Shown here piece by piece: positions 22,273 to 32,070 of a stretch of DNA of 50,706 nucleotides (the first letter of the stretch is position 1; the number at the start of each line of letters is the position of its first letter). Location: assembly GCA_026993075.1 (NCBI GenBank), contig JALWUQ010000039.1, positions 521 through 51,226 on the forward strand. Reading direction: 5' to 3'. The stretch is from Campylobacteraceae bacterium. GTDB taxonomy: Bacteria > Campylobacterota > Campylobacteria > Campylobacterales > JALSKU01. The position numbers and the translations under genes were made by a program. The notes beneath the pieces were generated by a model, which did not search any database, was not told the origin of the DNA, and saw nothing but the letters and a program-made list of their open reading frames with translations.

Positions 22273-23285
22273 AGAATGATATTGAATCCTTTTTTATTAT
22301 CTAAAAGCACAATATCTGCATTATGTGCTTTTATGATTTCCAAAGAAAGGGCTAAGCCTAAGCCATGACCTTTAGTTTTTGTTGTTTTAAATGGCTCATA
22401 AAGTATATTTTTATTTTCTATTTGTGGCGCTGAGTCCAATATCTCAAAGATATTTTTTGTGCTTTCTTGTTTAAAACTTAATGTTATAAAACCATTTTCA
22501 TTTTCATCATCCTCGATGGCATCAATAGCATTGAAAATAAAGTTCTGTAAAACTATAGATAAAAGATCAAAATCAGCTTCAATCATAATTCTGGGAAAAT
22601 CAAAATCAATTTTTATATTTTTTGAATAACTATAGTATGATATTGCCAAATTTAAATCATCAACCAAAGAATCAATAAAAAATTTACTTTTATTTATACT
22701 TACACCCTTTGTAAAAAGTAAGGTTGCTTTTATAATTCGCTCAACCCTCCAAATAGCTTTTCTAATCTCAGAAACCAAAGGCTTATTTTTTTCTTCTACT
22801 TTTTTATAAAGAGTTGATGCGATAAGAGATACTGAGCCAATTGGATTTCTTATTTCATGTGAGAGGTGAGCAGCTATTTGACCCATTGAAGCTAATCTTT
22901 CACTTCTTTTTTCCTGGGTTATATCAGTAGCACTAATAATTTTTTTACCATAGGCACTATTTATTTTGATGAGATAGTAAATATTGTTATACTCTATTTC
23001 ATAATTTTTTTTATTAATATCAAGATGATTTATAAGTCCTTTACTCTTTTTTGCCTCTGAATTTTGTAAAAAAATATCGCCGCTATCTTCTATAACCCAT
23101 ATTGCATTTGGCAAAGATTCTACTATTTGTTTTAAAAAATTTTGAAGATTATTATATGAATTACTTAACTCTTTGTACTCTTTCTCTACCGCGTAAGTTT
23201 GTTCTATAAGTCCCTCTAAAGTTTGTTTAAAAAATTCTTTTTCTTTTGTATCCAAGCTTTCAAGCATTTTTTTATCAATCATCAT
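22269..23285 (-). CDS. flgS: cytoplasmic sensor histidine kinase FlgS
   Basis: LIEQTY, ERLASMGQIAAHLSHEIRNPIGS H-box, no TM, GHGLGL; resembles Campylobacter FlgS. Confidence 0.85.
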   Translation of the reverse strand: MMIDKKMLESLDTKEKEFFKQTLEGLIEQTYAVEKEYKELSNSYNNLQNFLKQIVESLPNAIWVIEDSGDIFLQNSEAKKSKGLINHLDINKKNYEIEYNNIYYLIKINSAYGKKIISATDITQEKRSERLASMGQIAAHLSHEIRNPIGSVSLIASTLYKKVEEKNKPLVSEIRKAIWRVERIIKATLLFTKGVSINKSKFFIDSLVDDLNLAISYYSYSKNIKIDFDFPRIMIEADFDLLSIVLQNFIFNAIDAIEDDENENGFITLSFKQESTKNIFEILDSAPQIENKNILYEPFKTTKTKGHGLGLALSLEIIKAHNADIVLLDNKKGFNIIL

Positions 23286-24183
23286 TTAGCCTTTTAAAAT
23301 CTTTTATATCAAAAAGCATCACATTTTCAAGATCCTTCTTATATAGTGAATTGCTAAAACCGTTTTTGGAAAATAGAGCAAATTTTATAATATCGTAATT
23401 TAGATTTTTAGCCTTATATTCCAATTTTCTTAACACATTTTTACATATTTTTTGATTTGTCCATTTACATTCTCCTATGATAAATTTATGGTTTATATCT
23501 CTTGCTAAAAGATCAAGTTCTATAGTTTTATCCCAATATCCACCACTTTCAATGATGCTTAAACCATATCTTTTATCTTTTAGAAGTTCATTTGAAAGTT
23601 CTTCAAAAGTCAAGCTCACGAATTTGTCAAAATTTTTCTCTAAATTTCCAATAGTACTTTTGTATATTCCTTTTTCAAGTTCATTTTCAAAAGGAGATAT
23701 AAAAGTATACCAAAATCTATAGATATTTTTTATAAATTTTATCTTATCTTCAGCAACATATCCTCTTAACTCTTTTTTTAATAATTTATATATTGTTTTA
23801 TCCGGTAGTTTTTCTCTTGTTGCCTCTTTTTTTATAATTTCTAATTCATAAAGTTTTTTATAGATGGCTCTACCTCTGTTTTGCGATATATTTTTGTTTG
23901 TTCTGTATAAGGCATACTGTTTTCTGTCTCCTAAGGCGATTTTATGTAATATCGTATTTACTTCATTTTGTGATTTTAAGTCATCATAAAGCTTAAAATA
24001 TTTTCTTAATCTAAGGTGATTGTCAATAATATTTACTCTAATACTTTCAAAAATATTTTCTTTTATATCTATCGTCTCAAGCTTAAACCCGTCAAAAACC
24101 GCGAAATTTTCTATTTGTTCTTTTATATTGAGATATGGAAATAATATATTAAATTTCTTAAAATTATTTTTTATATTTTGCAT
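23275..24183 (-). CDS. DUF234 / ATPase-associated nuclease-like protein
   Basis: RFWYTFI, FEEL, GGYWD..IELD..GECKW, FSKNGFS. Start probably ATG 24183 (ORF track 24270); overlaps the flgS start. Confidence 0.75.
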   Translation of the reverse strand: MQNIKNNFKKFNILFPYLNIKEQIENFAVFDGFKLETIDIKENIFESIRVNIIDNHLRLRKYFKLYDDLKSQNEVNTILHKIALGDRKQYALYRTNKNISQNRGRAIYKKLYELEIIKKEATREKLPDKTIYKLLKKELRGYVAEDKIKFIKNIYRFWYTFISPFENELEKGIYKSTIGNLEKNFDKFVSLTFEELSNELLKDKRYGLSIIESGGYWDKTIELDLLARDINHKFIIGECKWTNQKICKNVLRKLEYKAKNLNYDIIKFALFSKNGFSNSLYKKDLENVMLFDIKDFKRLNDD

Positions 24184-24288
24184 AGAGTATTTTACTGTAA
24201 AAATATTAAACTTTCGATAGAATTTAACAAGTGATGCAACAATACAAGGAGTTTGAAAAGAGTTTATCATTTAAAAGGAGAATTGAAG

Positions 24289-26990
24289 ATGATGTATCTA
24301 AGTGGAAAATATCGTGAGTTTTACGAAGTCATTACTAGTGTATTACCAAAAAAAAGAGTATTTACGGATGCTTTGCATACTTTGACTTATGGAAGTGATG
24401 CATCATTTTACAGGATGATTCCTAAAATTATTATATTTGTAAAAAAATCAAATGAAGTTCAAGAAATATTAAAGATATCAAATATGTTGAATATTCCTAT
24501 TGTTTTTAGAGCCGCCGGTACTTCACTTTCCGGATAAGCTATAAGTGATAGTGTTTTAATTGTAACTTCAAGGGGTTGGAAAGATATAAGAGTAGGAAAC
24601 AAGGCTGCGACTATAACGCTTTTATCTTCTGTTACAGGAGATAGTGCAAATATGGCTTTAAGTAAATTTTGCAAAAAGATAGGACCTGATCCTGCATCCA
24701 TAAAATCATGTATGATTGGAGGAATAGTGGCCAATAACGCAAGCGGTATGTGTTGTGGAGTAGATCAAAATTCATACAAAACGCTTAAAAATATGAAAAT
24801 TATACTGCAAGACGGGACAAGATTGGATACATCCAATGAAGTAAGCAGAAATAAATTTTTAAAAACTCATCATCAATTTTGTGAAAAATTGCTTCGTTTA
24901 AGAGATAAGATTTTAAAAGATGAAAAACTAGTTAAACTTATCAAAAGAAAATATAAAATAAAAAATACTTGCGGATACAGTATAAATGCATTGATTGATT
25001 TTGATAATCCTGCTGATATACTTTTGCATCTGATGATAGGGAGTGAGGGAACTCTTGGCTTTATTGAAGAAGTTACTTACGATACAGTCGAGGATCTTCC
25101 TTTTAAGGCTATCTCTTTAATGCTCTTTAAAGATATAAAAACTGCTGCAAATGCCGTACAAAGACTCAAAAAAATTCCTCGAAGTGAAGTTCCTGCGGCT
25201 GAACTTATGAATAGGGCATCTTTAAGAAGCATCCAAAACAAACAAGGTTTGGAATTTTTAAAAAGTTTGGATGAAAAAGTGGCTGCTTTATTGGTAGAGA
25301 CAAGATCAACTCAAAAATCAGACTTACAACTGCAAATGAATAAAATTATAAATATTTTAAAAGGCTTACCAACAATCAAACCTATAGTTTTTAGTGATGA
25401 TGTAAAAATCTACCAGAAATACTGGAATATAAGAAAAGGATTGTTTCCTTAAATCGGAGCTATGAGAAAACAAGGCACCACTGCTGTTATAGAAGATATT
25501 GCTTTTCCTATGGAAAAACTTGATGTTGCCACTTTAAAGCTTCAAGCATTGTTTAAAAAGTATGATTATGATGAAGCTATCATTTTTGGACATGCACTTG
25601 ATAGCAACTTGCATTTTGTTTTTACACAGGATTTTTCTATCCCGCAAGAGGTTTTAAGATATAAAAATTTTATACAAGAAGTTACAGATATGGTGGCGGT
25701 TAATTATAAAGGAAGCTTGAAAGCAGAACATGGGACAGGGAGAAATATGGCTCTTTTTGTTGAGCTTGAATGGGCTAAAAAAGCATACGATATTATGAAA
25801 AAAATAAAAGATATATTTGATTCTAAATATCTTTTAAATCCGGGTGTTTTGATAAATAATGATAAAGATATATATCTTAAAAATCTAAAACCGCTATATC
25901 CTACAAATCCTTTGGTTGATAAGTGTATAGAGTGTGGCTTTTGTGAGCCTGTCTGTCCTTCAAATGCTTTAACTCTTACTCCAAGACAAAGGATAGTTGC
26001 TAACAGAGAGATGAGTAGATTTGCTCACATAAGTAAATACAGCAATACACTTGAAATATTGCAAAAACTGTATAAGTATGATGGCAAGCAAACATGTGCT
26101 ACTTGTTCACTTTGCTCGACAAGTTGTCCAGTTGAGATATATGTTGCAAATCTGACAAAAGAGTTAAGAGAAAAAAATATAGGAAAATTTTCTAAAAATA
26201 TAGCAAATCATTATAGTGCCACTTTGAATATAGCTAAATTTGCTCTTGATATAAATTCATTGACCGGTTTTGTATTTGGTGAGAGAATTATGCAAAAAAG
26301 TATGGATTTTTTAAGGAAAGCGACACATGGCAAAGTTCCAAAATATTCTTTATATATCCCAAAAAGATCACATTTTTCAGCCAATAAATTTTTAAAAAAC
26401 AGAGGTGGTGAAAAAGTAGTATATTTTACATCTTGTATATGTAGAACTTTTGGCAATCAAAAAGAAAGTGATGAGAAGCTTGAGCTTTATGAAGTGATAA
26501 ATACATTGATAAACAGAGCCGGTTATGAGATAATTATCCCTAAAAATATAGAAAATCTTTGCTGTGGAACTCCTTTTAGCTCAAAAGGTTATAAAGAGGA
26601 AGCAAATTTGCAATTGAAAAATCTTGAAAATGCTCTTTTTGATGCAAGCGAGGGAGGGGAGTTTCCTATACTTTGTGAAACTTCTCCTTGTGTAAAAGCT
26701 ATGATGCAAGGGTTTAAAAGTAAATTAAAAGTATATGAGCCTATAGAATTTACCTTAAAATTTCTTTCTCCCAAATTGAAGTTTAAAAAGATTTCTGAGA
26801 GTATCGCCATCCACTCAACTTGCTCCACTGTAAAAATGGGTTTAAAAGAGAAGTTTTTTGAATTAGCAAAAATGTGCAGTGATGATGTTATAATTCCAAA
26901 AGATGTAACATGTTGTGGCTTTGCCGATGACATAAGTATAACTCAATATTTTATTTAGTAGAGAAATGTACAAGAGCAAATAGAGCTTAA
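24289..26990 (+). pseudogene. FAD/Fe-S D-lactate dehydrogenase (Dld-II type), inactivated
   Basis: One frame with FRAAGTSLSG*AISD (TAA 24535-37) and GLFP*IGA (TAA 25450-52), KAEHGTGRN, CIECGFCEPVCP and CCG motifs. A deletion/frameshift follows CCGFA, and the C-terminal remnant HKYNSIFYLVEKCTRANRA* is in another frame (26931-26990). Confidence 0.9.
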
Positions 26991-26992
26991 TA

Positions 26993-27038
26993 TAACTTGA
27001 CCTTACTTGCTATGTGCTAAAATAAGTAAGATCGGTTA
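26993..27038. terminator. imperfect stem-loop between convergent dld pseudogene and nitroreductase
   Basis: TAACTTGACCTTACTT pairs imperfectly with AAGTAAGATCGGTTA. Confidence 0.45.
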
Positions 27039-27078
27039 TTAAGTTTTAAAGCTGTCAATTTACACTAATTTAATGCAA

Positions 27079-27708
27079 TTATTTTATAAATTCAACCACT
27101 TTATCAAAAGGAAGTCTTAATTTTTTTGGCTGAGGATTTAGTCTGTATCCAAAAGGAAGTACCATTGCAACTTGAAATTTCTTTGTATCAAGCTTTAAAA
27201 TTTCCTCAACTTTTTCTTTTTCAAATCCCTCCATAGGGCAAGAATCTATCCCTATAAAAGCAGCACCACTCATCATATTTGCTGCTGCTATGTATGTTTG
27301 TCTTGCAGTCCAACAATATATATTTTCATCACTACTTAATGTTTTTTTCAAATGGCTGGCATATCGTTGCATATACATCTGAAGTGATTTTTTTGGCATA
27401 TTTCGTCTTTTAAATCTTTTTTCAACTTCACCTGATTCTATTTTAACACTTTCAATCCCTGCTAAAACAATCACAAGGTGTGAACAAGAAGTAATTTGCA
27501 CTTGATCCCAACATGCCGGTCTAAGTTTTGCTTTCAATTCATCATTTGTAATAACTAAAAATTTCCAAGCTTCCATGCCAAATGATGATGGAGATTTTCT
27601 TCCAATTTCAAGTATATAGTGCATATCCTCGTCAGATATCTTTTTAGTCTCATCAAAAACTTTGCAAGCATGTCTAAAATCCATCGCATCCATAAATTTG
27701 TTTTGCAT
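27079..27708 (-). CDS. NAD(P)H-dependent nitroreductase (NfsB/RdxA-like)
   Basis: RHACKVFD, SPSSFGMEAWKF, GIDSCPMEGF, FGYR. Confidence 0.93.
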   Translation of the reverse strand: MQNKFMDAMDFRHACKVFDETKKISDEDMHYILEIGRKSPSSFGMEAWKFLVITNDELKAKLRPACWDQVQITSCSHLVIVLAGIESVKIESGEVEKRFKRRNMPKKSLQMYMQRYASHLKKTLSSDENIYCWTARQTYIAAANMMSGAAFIGIDSCPMEGFEKEKVEEILKLDTKKFQVAMVLPFGYRLNPQPKKLRLPFDKVVEFIK

Positions 27709-27768
27709 TTTTATTCCTTTTATTTTAAATTGATTTGAAAATTATAACTGTAGTAAACTTTAATATCC

Positions 27769-27828
27769 CTTACAATATTTTAGGTAAGTAATATAAAATA
27801 AAGTTTAATATGCTATAATATTACTTAC
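27769..27828. promoter_or_regulatory. putative HxlR-family operator region and hxlR extended -10
   Basis: GTAAGTAATAT (27784-94) / ATATTACTTAC (27818-28) perfect inverted repeat; extra CTTAC at 27769; TGCTATAAT at 27811-19. Confidence 0.5.
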
Positions 27829-27838
27829 AAGGATTAAT

Positions 27839-28183
27839 ATGTATTTTATAAATGAGAAAGAGTACACATGCCCCGTATCCATAACACTTGATATCTTTAA
27901 TGACAGATGGAAATTATCTGTTATTTGGTATCTTTTAAAAAGTAAAAAAAGATTTAAAGAATTAAGTGATGACATTAGTGAAATAAGTCAAAAAACGCTT
28001 ACTGTCAAACTAAAAGAATTAGAAGAAAAAAACATAATTCATAGAGAAGTTTTTGCTCAAGTACCCCCTAAAGTTGTTTATTCTTTGACGTCAATCGGAC
28101 AAAAACTAAAACCAGTATTAATGAATATGTATGAATGGGGAGAGGAGTATGTCAAGGAGAATGGAGAATTAGTTAAAAACTGA
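27839..28183 (+). CDS. HxlR family (MarR/DUF24) redox-sensing transcriptional regulator
   Basis: N-terminal CPV, RWK, RFKEL, PPKVVYSLT; divergent from the nitroreductase. Confidence 0.93.
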   Translation: MYFINEKEYTCPVSITLDIFNDRWKLSVIWYLLKSKKRFKELSDDISEISQKTLTVKLKELEEKNIIHREVFAQVPPKVVYSLTSIGQKLKPVLMNMYEWGEEYVKENGELVKN

Positions 28184-28298
28184 CCTTACGCACTTTTTTC
28201 TCGAAAAGTCCTACTTTTCGTAAGCTTCAAAGAGTTGTAGGGACTTTGAGTTTCTGCCACAATAGAAAGCTTTGCTCATTATAGTGCGTAAGGTCAGT
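28179..28298. mobile_element. MITE-like element, 120 bp
   Basis: Perfect inverted repeats AACTGACCTTACGCACT (28178-94) / AGTGCGTAAGGTCAGTT (28283-99); candidate TAAAA direct repeats (28174-78, 28299-303); no coding capacity. Confidence 0.65.
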
Positions 28299-28319
28299 TA
28301 AAATAAGATATAATACCAA

Positions 28320-29051
28320 ATGGAATATTTAGGATACTTTGGAGTAGCACTGTTTTTTTCTTCACTACTGTCGATGGCTGGCACTGGGGCAGCAGCAGCA
28401 ATTATCCCATCACTCGGGATGCTTGGCATTGGTTTCAATCTATCAAAAGCGTCTGGATTATTTGCTGGATTATGTACCTCAACAACTTCTACGGCTTTAA
28501 ATTTAAAACACAAAATTATAGATATCAGATTTTCTCTCCCCATAGCAGTTGGAATGCTTCTTTTCTCACCTCTTGGTGCACAGTTTTCGCGTTATCTTGA
28601 TGTCAATGTTGTCAAAAGTATCTTTATCATATTTTTAATCTTCAGTGGCTCGATGATGATGTTTGCAAAAAAAGAGTTGAATGTAAATATAGAAAAAGTA
28701 TGGATCTTCGCACTTATAGGAGTTGGTGTAGGGTTTATGGCAGGTATGTTAGGATTAGGCGGTGGTAATATATTACTTCCTGTGCTGATTCTTTTAGGTA
28801 TTGATGCAAAAAAAGCAGCAGTAACTGCTAGTTTCGCCATACCACTCTCCGCAACTGTATCATTTATAAGTTATATGACTTTTGTGCATATAGATTGGCT
28901 TTTGATAACAGCAGTATCTTTGGGTGCTGTTATAGGAGGTATAATCGGAAATTCTATGATGTATTTTAAATTATCTTCAGATCACATTAGAAAACTTGTT
29001 GCTTTTATATTGTATATTCTGGCAATCAAAATGAGTTATGATCTTTTTTGA
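28320..29051 (+). CDS. sulfite exporter TauE/SafE family membrane protein
   Basis: About 8 TM helices; duplicated G-rich motif (GFMAGMLGLGGG..P; AAVTA). Confidence 0.85.
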   Translation: MEYLGYFGVALFFSSLLSMAGTGAAAAIIPSLGMLGIGFNLSKASGLFAGLCTSTTSTALNLKHKIIDIRFSLPIAVGMLLFSPLGAQFSRYLDVNVVKSIFIIFLIFSGSMMMFAKKELNVNIEKVWIFALIGVGVGFMAGMLGLGGGNILLPVLILLGIDAKKAAVTASFAIPLSATVSFISYMTFVHIDWLLITAVSLGAVIGGIIGNSMMYFKLSSDHIRKLVAFILYILAIKMSYDLF

Positions 29052-29081
29052 GTAGATATTGACTAAAAATACTATTACTTA

Positions 29082-29987
29082 TTACAAATTTGAAACCAAA
29101 AGATAAAAAACAGGTAGTGTCATAAAAGAAAAAAGAATACCATAGCCTACTATGGCATTTGTTAGTCTTGGAGAAAGGTTTGCTATATTTGCCATGATGC
29201 CGGCTGTTATCATAGGTCCCATTCCGGCTTCTAAAATACTGACTTTTACTATATTATTCATATCTGTAAAAATCAAACAAATTATCAGTGCAATTAACGG
29301 AGCAAATACTGTTTTCATAAGAATAGCTATAAAAAGTGGTTTTCTTTCATCTTTTGGAACTTTTAGGTGGAGTTGAAATCCTACTGAAAGTAGTGCAAAA
29401 GGAACAAGAGTTTTACTTAAGTTTTGAAGTAAAAAGATGATTATACTATTATACTCGATACCTTTTATGATAAATGCTATGAGTAGAGATAAAAAAGGAG
29501 GAAATAATATAATTTTTTTGATGATTTCTTTAAGATTAAATATGCTGTTTTGCGAATATAAAGCAACAACAACGGAACCATAGGTAGAAAGTATTAAAAA
29601 AGAGCCCAACTGATCATAAATAAGTGCATACGAAACATATTTTTCTCCGAAAAAAAGCTGGATGAATGGTACTCCTAAAAAGGAAGTATTGCCAAGTATA
29701 CCAACTAAAAGCAAACTTCCTATTTCTTCTTTTTTTAAATTATATTTTTTAGCGATTAATATGATAGCAATGGATGTGATAAATGTTATAATCCATGGCA
29801 AAACAATCGGTGCTAAAGTATCGTTTGATATATGCAGATATGGTATCTTAAGTAATATTAGTGACGGCAAAGAGATATAAATTATGAGAATATTTAAAGT
29901 TTTTGCAAAATTAAACCGCCCAAACTTTACAAATTTTAAAACAAATCCAAGGGTGAAAGAAATAAATATTATAAGTATATTAGCCAT
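29082..29987 (-). CDS. AEC (auxin efflux carrier/malate permease) family transporter
   Basis: YISLPSL, GNTSFLGVP, PFALLSVG, EAGMGP. Confidence 0.88.
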   Translation of the reverse strand: MANILIIFISFTLGFVLKFVKFGRFNFAKTLNILIIYISLPSLILLKIPYLHISNDTLAPIVLPWIITFITSIAIILIAKKYNLKKEEIGSLLLVGILGNTSFLGVPFIQLFFGEKYVSYALIYDQLGSFLILSTYGSVVVALYSQNSIFNLKEIIKKIILFPPFLSLLIAFIIKGIEYNSIIIFLLQNLSKTLVPFALLSVGFQLHLKVPKDERKPLFIAILMKTVFAPLIALIICLIFTDMNNIVKVSILEAGMGPMITAGIMANIANLSPRLTNAIVGYGILFSFMTLPVFYLLVSNL

Positions 29988-30023
29988 ATTTTTTATAAAG
30001 GCATGGAGGAAGAATCCGCCATG

Positions 30024-31304
30024 TCAAATATCTAATAATTCACCGCTGATAGTGTCATTTTCGGTATCATCAAGTCTGGGTTGAGGCAGAATGAGATTTA
30101 GTATGATTCCTACTATCGCACCAAGTCCTATACCGCTAAATCCAACACCACCAAAGTTAAAGCTCATCCCTCCTATAGCAAAAACAAGTATAATTGAAAG
30201 TATTATCATGTTTCTAGGACAGGATAGATTGGTTTTTGAGTTTGCCAAAGTTGCCATTCCGACTGAAGCTATGATGCCAAAAAGAAGTAACAATATTCCA
30301 CCCATTACAGGAACAGGGATAGTTTGTAAAAAGCCGCCCAATTTTCCAAAAAACGCTAAAACTATAGCAAATATGGCTGCCCAAGTCATAATAGCAGGAT
30401 TGTAAGATTTGGTTATAGTCACAGCACCTGTTACTTCTGAGTAAGTTGTATTTGGAGGGCCTCCTAAAAAAGCAGCCGCGCTTGTGGCTAAACCGTCGCC
30501 TAAAAGTGTATTTTGTAATCCCGGATTTTTTAGATAATCCTCCTTTGCAACATGAGAAATTGCCAGTATATCGCCTACATGCTCAACCGCAGGGGCTATG
30601 GCAATAGGTAAGATATATATGATAGCTTCCCAGTTTAATTTTGGAAATACAAAATCAGGAACTGCAAAAAGAGGGGCTTTTGAGAGTGTATGAAAATCAA
30701 TAATTCCAAAAAATAAAGATGTTATATATCCTACTGTAACACCTATTAGTATCGGTAAAAGTCTTATCATACCTTTTCCAAGCAGAGTTGCTAATATCGT
30801 AGCGATAAGTGAAATCATGGATATTATAATAGCTGTATTAAAAGGAATAAGCTGTATTTTTCCATCTCCTGTGTGTCCGGTTGCCATGTGAACAGCCACA
30901 GGAGCCAAGATAAGACCAATGGTCATGATAACTGGTCCAACAACAATAGGAGGTAAAAGTTTGTGTATGAAAGCACTTCCTTTTATTCTAATAAGAATAC
31001 TAAGAACTACATAAACAATTCCAGCAGCAGCCAATCCGCTTAAAGTTCCAGCTACTCCCCACTTTTGAACGCCATATATGATAGGTGCTATAAAAGCAAA
31101 AGAAGAGGCTAAAAATATTGGTGGAACATTTTTTCTATTTATGATTTGAAATATCAAAGTTCCAAGTCCTGCTGTAAAAAGAGCGACATTACTGTTTAAT
31201 CCGGTAAGAATAGGAACTAAAACCAATGCCCCAAATGCAACAAATAAAAATTGCAAACCTACAACCCAATCTTTTAGTTTAAAATGATAGTCAGTCGGCT
31301 TCAA
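30024..31304 (-). CDS. uraA: uracil permease (NCS2 family)
   Basis: GLQFLFVAFGALVLVP, SSFAFI, EHVGD, PNTTYSE; TTG start with GAGGAG; divergent from upp. Confidence 0.92.
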   Translation of the reverse strand: MKPTDYHFKLKDWVVGLQFLFVAFGALVLVPILTGLNSNVALFTAGLGTLIFQIINRKNVPPIFLASSFAFIAPIIYGVQKWGVAGTLSGLAAAGIVYVVLSILIRIKGSAFIHKLLPPIVVGPVIMTIGLILAPVAVHMATGHTGDGKIQLIPFNTAIIISMISLIATILATLLGKGMIRLLPILIGVTVGYITSLFFGIIDFHTLSKAPLFAVPDFVFPKLNWEAIIYILPIAIAPAVEHVGDILAISHVAKEDYLKNPGLQNTLLGDGLATSAAAFLGGPPNTTYSEVTGAVTITKSYNPAIMTWAAIFAIVLAFFGKLGGFLQTIPVPVMGGILLLLFGIIASVGMATLANSKTNLSCPRNMIILSIILVFAIGGMSFNFGGVGFSGIGLGAIVGIILNLILPQPRLDDTENDTISGELLDI

Positions 31305-31423
31305 AGAGATCTCCTCAAAATAATTTTAAATTTTAAGATTATACAATAATGAATATTATATTTTTATCAATATGTAAACGATTTTTAGAGATAATGACTC
31401 TATTATAATTTGGAGTTGTAAAA

Positions 31424-32062
31424 ATGAATGCACATATTTTAAATCACCCGTTAATAGATCATAAAATGGCACTTTTAAGAGATGAAAAAAGAAGGATGCC
31501 TGAATTTAAAATGTTATTGGATGAGATAGGCTTTTTGATGGTATATGAAGTAACAAAAAACTTAAATCTTGAGGAGACGGTTATAAAAACCCCAGTAGCT
31601 GCAACAAAAGCCAAAAAATTGGAAAATCATCCTATATTGGTAACTATTTTAAGAGCTGGGCTTGGGCTTCTTGATCCGTTTATGAAACTTATGCCAAACT
31701 CTAAAGTGGGATTTTTAGGGATGGATAGAGATGAGGTAACTTTACAGCCGAGGAGTTATTATGATAAAATTCCAATGCAGGCACTTAAAAATAAAGTTTT
31801 ATTGATTGACCCGATGCTTGCTACCGGTGGTTCAGCACTTAATGCCATAGACTTTTTGGTAGAAAAAGGAGTTAAAGATATAACTTTTATATGTTTAGTC
31901 GCAGCACCAGAGGGTATAAAAGCTATAAATGATAAATATCCTTATATTGAGATATATGTAGCCGCACTTGATGATAGATTGAATGATAAAGGCTATATAG
32001 TACCAGGGCTTGGTGATGCCGGAGATAGGATATTTGGTACTGAGGATAATGAAAACTTATAG
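31424..32062 (+). CDS. upp: uracil phosphoribosyltransferase
   Basis: ILRAGLG, DPMLATGGS, YIVPGLGDAGDR. Confidence 0.97.
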   Translation: MNAHILNHPLIDHKMALLRDEKRRMPEFKMLLDEIGFLMVYEVTKNLNLEETVIKTPVAATKAKKLENHPILVTILRAGLGLLDPFMKLMPNSKVGFLGMDRDEVTLQPRSYYDKIPMQALKNKVLLIDPMLATGGSALNAIDFLVEKGVKDITFICLVAAPEGIKAINDKYPYIEIYVAALDDRLNDKGYIVPGLGDAGDRIFGTEDNENL

Positions 32063-32070
32063 GAGATATA

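Noticed and set aside
24535-25452. Programmed stop read-through or recoding in the dld gene
   Set aside because: Both stops are TAA, which terminates many genes here, and the gene also carries a deletion/frameshift.
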